A program made the position numbers and the translations under genes. Shown one piece after another: positions 60,192 through 64,000 of a stretch of DNA of 64,000 nucleotides (its first letter is position 1; every line of letters starts with the position of its first letter). This DNA is from an uncultured Gemmatimonadaceae bacterium (lineage in GTDB: Bacteria; Gemmatimonadota; Gemmatimonadetes; Gemmatimonadales; Gemmatimonadaceae): NCBI GenBank assembly GCA_963761305.1, contig CAVXGK010000002.1, positions 1,184,001 to 1,248,000 on the forward strand, written 5' to 3'. The notes under the pieces are model-generated. The model was not told the DNA's origin. It was given only the letters and a program-made list of their open reading frames with translations, and searched no databases.

Positions 60192-61105
60192 GCGCGAAGA
60201 CGTGCGCTGCGGGCGCGCGGGTTGGTCGCCATCTCGGATTCTGAAGGAACGACCGGCCGCTTCGTGAGCGTGGTGCCGAGCGCGTGACCGCGGCACGTGC
60301 AGATGGGGTGCCCGGGTGGGCAGATGCACGCGGCGCTCCAATCACGAAATGCGGTCTTCACGATCCGGTCTTCTCCCGAGTGATACGCGATGACGACGAA
60401 CGTGCCGCGGGGCAACAGCTGGTCGCGCAGCAGCGGCAGTGCGCGTTCGAGAATCGAGAGCTCGTCGTTCACGGCGATCCGGATCGCCTGGAAGAGCCGA
60501 GCGAAGTCCGGCGCGCCGCTGCGGGGCCCGAGCACCGCACGGATCGCGCCGACGAGGTCGTCGCTCGTCGACATCGGCCGCGTCTCTCGGCGCCGAATGA
60601 TTTCGGCCGCCAGCCGTCTCGCGTGTCGCTCGTCGCCATACGAATGAAACGCATCGGCGAGCAAGTCGCGGTCGGACGTGTTGAGGAAATCGGCGGCAGT
60701 CATTGCGTCGGCGTCGTCGCCGCCCATGCGCATGTCGAGCGACGCGCCAGGGCGGAAGCTGAAGCCGCGCGCCTCGTCATCTACCTGGTGCGACGAGATC
60801 CCCAGGTCGAGAAGGACACCGTCGATTGGCTTCGATCGGATTGGTTCGAGCTCCGCCGCGTCCGCGAAATTCGACTGCACGGCAATGAACCGATCCGCCG
60901 TGGCGAAGTCCCGCAGGCGCTCACGCGCCGCGGCGATGGCGTCCGGGTCGCGATCGACGCCGATGACCTCGTGGATACCTCCTTCGAGGAGCGCGAGGCT
61001 ATGGCCTCCTCCGCCGAGGGTCCCATCGAGCACGCATTTGGCGCCGCGCAGGTACGACGTCACTTCGGTGACGAGGGCGGGTGCGTGGTACACGTCGAGT
61101 GGCAC
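60176..61105 (-). CDS. rsmH: 16S rRNA m4C1402 methyltransferase
   Basis: DGTLGGGGHS, DLGISSHQ, RGFSF, LDMRM, FQAIRIAVNDEL, HSGEDR, NPRARSA. Confidence 0.97.
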   Translation of the reverse strand: MPLDVYHAPALVTEVTSYLRGAKCVLDGTLGGGGHSLALLEGGIHEVIGVDRDPDAIAAARERLRDFATADRFIAVQSNFADAAELEPIRSKPIDGVLLDLGISSHQVDDEARGFSFRPGASLDMRMGGDDADAMTAADFLNTSDRDLLADAFHSYGDERHARRLAAEIIRRRETRPMSTSDDLVGAIRAVLGPRSGAPDFARLFQAIRIAVNDELSILERALPLLRDQLLPRGTFVVIAYHSGEDRIVKTAFRDWSAACICPPGHPICTCRGHALGTTLTKRPVVPSESEMATNPRARSARLRAWRKA

Positions 61106-61359
61106 CGAGCGGTAATCGGAATGAGGTGAACGGCGATCCGATGCGACGCTTCGCCGACCTCAAAGGTATCGAATGGCGAGCGCTCAGCTCGCCCTGCCTT
61201 GGAAGCGAAAGGGGTGACCACCAGACCGAGACGGCAGGTCATCCCCCCGAACCACTGGCCGCCTTCCCGACGATGAGCCCCCGGCGCGAGGGGTTGAGTC
61301 GCCGGCCGGGGGACTTCTCCGACGGACGATGCCAGCTAGTCGACCGACCACAGGATTCT

Positions 61360-61732
61360 CGCCGCCGAACGACTAAACGTCATCGCCGGACGACTAAACG
61401 GCATCGCCGAAACGACGAACCGCATCGCCGAAACGACGAACCGCAGTCGCCGACTGACGAAGCCGCATTGCCGACTGACGAAGCAGCATCGCCGACCGAC
61501 GAATCCTCATCGTCGGAGCGATGAACCGCATCGCCGAACGACTACACGTCATCGCCGAAACGACGAATCGCATCGTCGAACCGATGAACCGAATCGCCAA
61601 AACGAGGAACCTTAGTCGCCGAACGACGAAGCCGGATTGCCGACTTACGAAGCCGCAACGCCGACGGACGAATCCTCATTGTCGGAACGATGAACCGCAT
61701 CGCCGACCGACGAATCCTCGTCGCCGAAGGAC
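61360..61732. repeat. Degenerate 21-bp tandem array (17 full units plus a partial) with an 8-unit, 169-bp higher-order period
   Basis: Consensus about CATCGCCGA(A/C)NCGACGAANCG; 22-nt variant units at 61444 and 61613, 169 bp apart. Confidence 0.95.
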
Positions 61733-61783
61733 AAAACAAGAAAACGGCCCGCCCCGTCGCTCCGATAGCGACGGGCGGGCCGT
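61733..61783 (-). terminator. Intrinsic terminator after the TPR-like gene
   Basis: Minus strand ACGGCCCGCCCGTCGCT-ATCGG-AGCGACGGGGCGGGCCGT followed by TTTCTTGTTTT. Confidence 0.88.
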
Positions 61784-61797
61784 GGTTGGATCGATCG

Positions 61798-63573
61798 CTA
61801 TTTGCAGGCGAGCGCTTTCTTGAACTGTGGGACGTAGCCGCTGTAGGTCTGGATGCCCTGCATGATCTGACCGGCGGCGTTCTTGTCGACCGAGGCGCCG
61901 GCCGGCATCGCGATCTGTGCGGTCGTGAAGTTGTCTTCCGCGACCTTCACCTCTTCGCACGCCTGCGCCTTTTCGTCCTTCGTCGCCTTCGGCTTGGTCT
62001 GAATCTTCTGCGCGTTGGTCAGCGCGTCGGCCGCGATGCTGAACGAGGACACCGCGATGAAGAACTTGCTCTGCGGCGACGGCGCGACGCCGTCGACCGT
62101 CTGGGCCGCCTTGAGCGACGCCTCCCAATCCGCGCGCTCCTTTGAGTTCTGAGCCTTTTGGAACGCCGGGATCGCGTTCGCGAGGAGCACCTGACCGAGC
62201 GAGTCCTTGCTGGCTCCGCCGGCGATCGCCTTCTGGGCGATGGCCATCGCGGTGTCGGGCTGGTTCATGTTGTTGGCGGCCGTCATCGCGAACAGCGCGG
62301 CGGTCGTGTTCTTCGGATCGACGTCCATCGCGCGACGCGAGGCGGCAAGCGCTTCCTGCGACTGACCCGCCCTCAAATAGATCTGCGCGAGAAGGAGGTG
62401 CAGGCTGATTTCCTTGGGGAATTTCTGCGCGCCCTTGGCGGCGAGCTCCTGGACCTTGGCCGAGTTGCTGTCGCGCTGCGCGGCGCCGATCTGACGGTTG
62501 ATGTAGGCCATCGTGACGGCAGCCGTGTCGGCCTTCGCCCACTCCTCACCGGCCTCGATCGCGCGCTTCCACATCGTGCGGTCGCCCGCATCGGCCGCGC
62601 GCAGGAGCACGAGCCACTTCGTGTGCAGGATCTCGGGGTCACCCGGGCTCTGCACCAACAGCGTGTCGATGATCGGCAGCGCAACAGCGGGCGCGCCCGA
62701 GTTCGCCAGCTCGTCGATGATCGACTTCGCGATTTGCTGGTTCGACGGATCCGCCTTGTAGACCTTGAGGCTGTACTCGATCGACTTGTCCTTGTCGCCC
62801 TTCGCCTTGTACGCGTCGGTGGCGTACGTGAGCGCGATCATGCTGTTCGGATCGAGCTTGAGGATCGCCTCGGACACGGCGATGATCGAATCCGGCGGCG
62901 CCTTTTGCTGGCCGTAGACGGTGAGCAGGCACATCCGGCCGAGCGTCGTATTGGGATACGCCAGGATCGAGGCCTGTGCCTCTTTGATCGCCTGGTCGTA
63001 CTTGGCGGCGACGTAGTTGTTCTTGCATGCCTTGTAGCCCGGCGCGCCCTTGAGCGCTTCGGTCACCGAGTGCTCGAGCTGTTTCGCCGCGTCGCCGACA
63101 TCTTTGCCGTCGATGGGGGGCAGGGGCTGTGACAGCGTCTGCTGTCCCGACTTCGTGAGGATGCGGGCCTCGAGGCGGACGGCGTTGGCAGCGCCACTCT
63201 TGTTGATCTTCCCTTCGATCACGTATTCGCCGCGGAGCTGCTTCGAGAGCTCCATCAAGTCCGAGGCGTTGAGGGCCGAGTCGGCCTTGTACCCCGACGC
63301 CTCGAGCGTGGCGTTGATTGCCTGTTTCGTGACGACGTAGAGCTCTTGGGCCGAGTGCTCGCTCTGGAATCGCGAGCGAATCTCGTCGGACGCCGTCACC
63401 CCGAGCAAGCGATCATTGCTGGAGAGGACAGGAATGAGGATGTACGGCGTGTCCTGTTTCGGCACGCCGCCGCGTTGGGCGGGTGGAGCGGTGCGCGACT
63501 GCGCCGACATCGGCGCGGCGGCGAGAAGCGCCAACAGGCTCACGGCGGATGCCGCATGGCGTCGCAATGACAT
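61798..63573 (-). CDS. Secreted TPR-repeat protein with an N-terminal CsgG/TolB-N-like domain
   Basis: ATG 63573 with GGAGG/GAAGGA upstream; signal peptide (..PMSA-Q); repeated helical Y..A..P units. Confidence 0.8.
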   Translation of the reverse strand: MSLRRHAASAVSLLALLAAAPMSAQSRTAPPAQRGGVPKQDTPYILIPVLSSNDRLLGVTASDEIRSRFQSEHSAQELYVVTKQAINATLEASGYKADSALNASDLMELSKQLRGEYVIEGKINKSGAANAVRLEARILTKSGQQTLSQPLPPIDGKDVGDAAKQLEHSVTEALKGAPGYKACKNNYVAAKYDQAIKEAQASILAYPNTTLGRMCLLTVYGQQKAPPDSIIAVSEAILKLDPNSMIALTYATDAYKAKGDKDKSIEYSLKVYKADPSNQQIAKSIIDELANSGAPAVALPIIDTLLVQSPGDPEILHTKWLVLLRAADAGDRTMWKRAIEAGEEWAKADTAAVTMAYINRQIGAAQRDSNSAKVQELAAKGAQKFPKEISLHLLLAQIYLRAGQSQEALAASRRAMDVDPKNTTAALFAMTAANNMNQPDTAMAIAQKAIAGGASKDSLGQVLLANAIPAFQKAQNSKERADWEASLKAAQTVDGVAPSPQSKFFIAVSSFSIAADALTNAQKIQTKPKATKDEKAQACEEVKVAEDNFTTAQIAMPAGASVDKNAAGQIMQGIQTYSGYVPQFKKALACK

Positions 63574-63681
63574 CACAGTTCCTTCCCTCCCAAACGTTGA
63601 TCCAAGATACCCTTTGTCGCTCATCCCGGTTCGCCCCGCAAGCGCTCGTTTCTGTGTCCGATCCCGCATCCCGTTCGCGAA

Positions 63682-63755
63682 TGGGCGAAGAGGGACTCGA
63701 ACCCCCGACCCCCTGCGTGTAAGGCAGGTGCTCTAACCAACTGAGCTATTCGCCC
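63682..63755 (-). tRNA. tRNA-Val (anticodon TAC); CCA not encoded
   Basis: GGGCGAATAGCTCAGTTGGTTAGAGCACCTGCCT-TAC-ACGCAGGGGGTCGGGGGTTCGAGTCCCTCTTCGCCCA folds as a full cloverleaf. Confidence 0.98.
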
Positions 63756-63789
63756 GCCACTCAGGCTTTCCGACCAATCAAGTTCAGAG

Positions 63790-63960
63790 TCACTTGAGAA
63801 TGGCGATCGGAATGAGCACGCAATAGCCGACGGCGAGGAGAATGGGGGCGATCGTTTCACCCCCGCGCGCGAGGTCGGCAAAGCCCGCCACGAGCACCAA
63901 TCCCGCGATTCCCCACCACATCCAGCGTCGTGTACGCGATTCCGTTCCGGTCTCCACCAT
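63790..63960 (-). CDS. Small two-TM membrane protein (56 aa), possibly DUF3098-like
   Basis: Hand-translated: MVETGTESRTRRWMWWGIAGLVLVAGFADLARGGETIAPILLAVGYCVLIPIAILK*; directly downstream of a consensus promoter. Confidence 0.75.
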   Translation of the reverse strand: MVETGTESRTRRWMWWGIAGLVLVAGFADLARGGETIAPILLAVGYCVLIPIAILK

Positions 63961-63969
63961 AGGGCGTGT

Positions 63970-63998
63970 AGTGTAGGCCGCGCCAATAAGGGTGTCAA
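63970..63998 (-). promoter_or_regulatory. Near-consensus sigma70 promoter
   Basis: Minus strand TTGACA-17 nt-TACACT. Confidence 0.85.
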
Positions 63999-64000
63999 GC

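Noticed and set aside
61360..61732. CRISPR array
   Set aside because: Units are contiguous and degenerate with no unique spacers; no cas genes in the window.
61081..61823. Heptad-repeat ORFs over the 21-bp array (61081-61524, 61521-61823 and antisense)
   Set aside because: The peptide repeat changes register at the 22-nt units, the ORFs overlap rsmH or the TPR gene in antisense, and there is no RBS; best explained as by-products of the repeat.
63682..63755. tRNA-Val as an integration site
   Set aside because: I saw no duplicated tRNA 3' end, integrase or compositional island in the window.

Overview
High-GC core-genome window, almost entirely housekeeping genes on the minus strand. Gene content and order suggest Gemmatimonadota (inference, not searched). 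In transcription order from the right end: a sigma70-type promoter, a 56-aa membrane peptide missed by the ORF track, tRNA-Val(TAC) and a secreted TPR-like protein; a non-coding 21-bp tandem array with a 169-bp higher-order period; a dcw cluster (rsmH-ftsL-ftsI-murE-murF-mraY-murD-ftsW-murG-murC-ftsQ-ftsA-ftsZ) without mraZ, murB or ddl; a VWA-like protein, ftsY and recG; a plus-strand HAMP kinase plus lipoprotein pair; asnS; mazG divergent from alr-deoB-cdd-lipoprotein-OMP-hybrid kinase-mtaB-miaB-comEC; fbp; a split methylmalonyl-CoA mutase; and a long coupled run FmdB-argS-pfkB-purM-OMP-ribD-ribE-ribBA-ribH-nusB-GT4-hprK-mannose-type PTS-ptsH-ptsI-metK-DUF151-hypothetical-BtuF-like. I found no transposase, integrase, phage gene or CRISPR array. 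The most notable signals are non-coding: the higher-order 21-bp array upstream of rsmH, a nested palindromic element between fbp and mcm, short tandem repeats anchored at stop codons, recurring TANNTT -10 boxes just upstream of start codons, a DnaA-box/palindrome cluster upstream of ftsZ, and four single-base indels in ribH/nusB/GT4 that are probably sequencing errors. I cannot claim a new biological system with confidence; the array is the best candidate.
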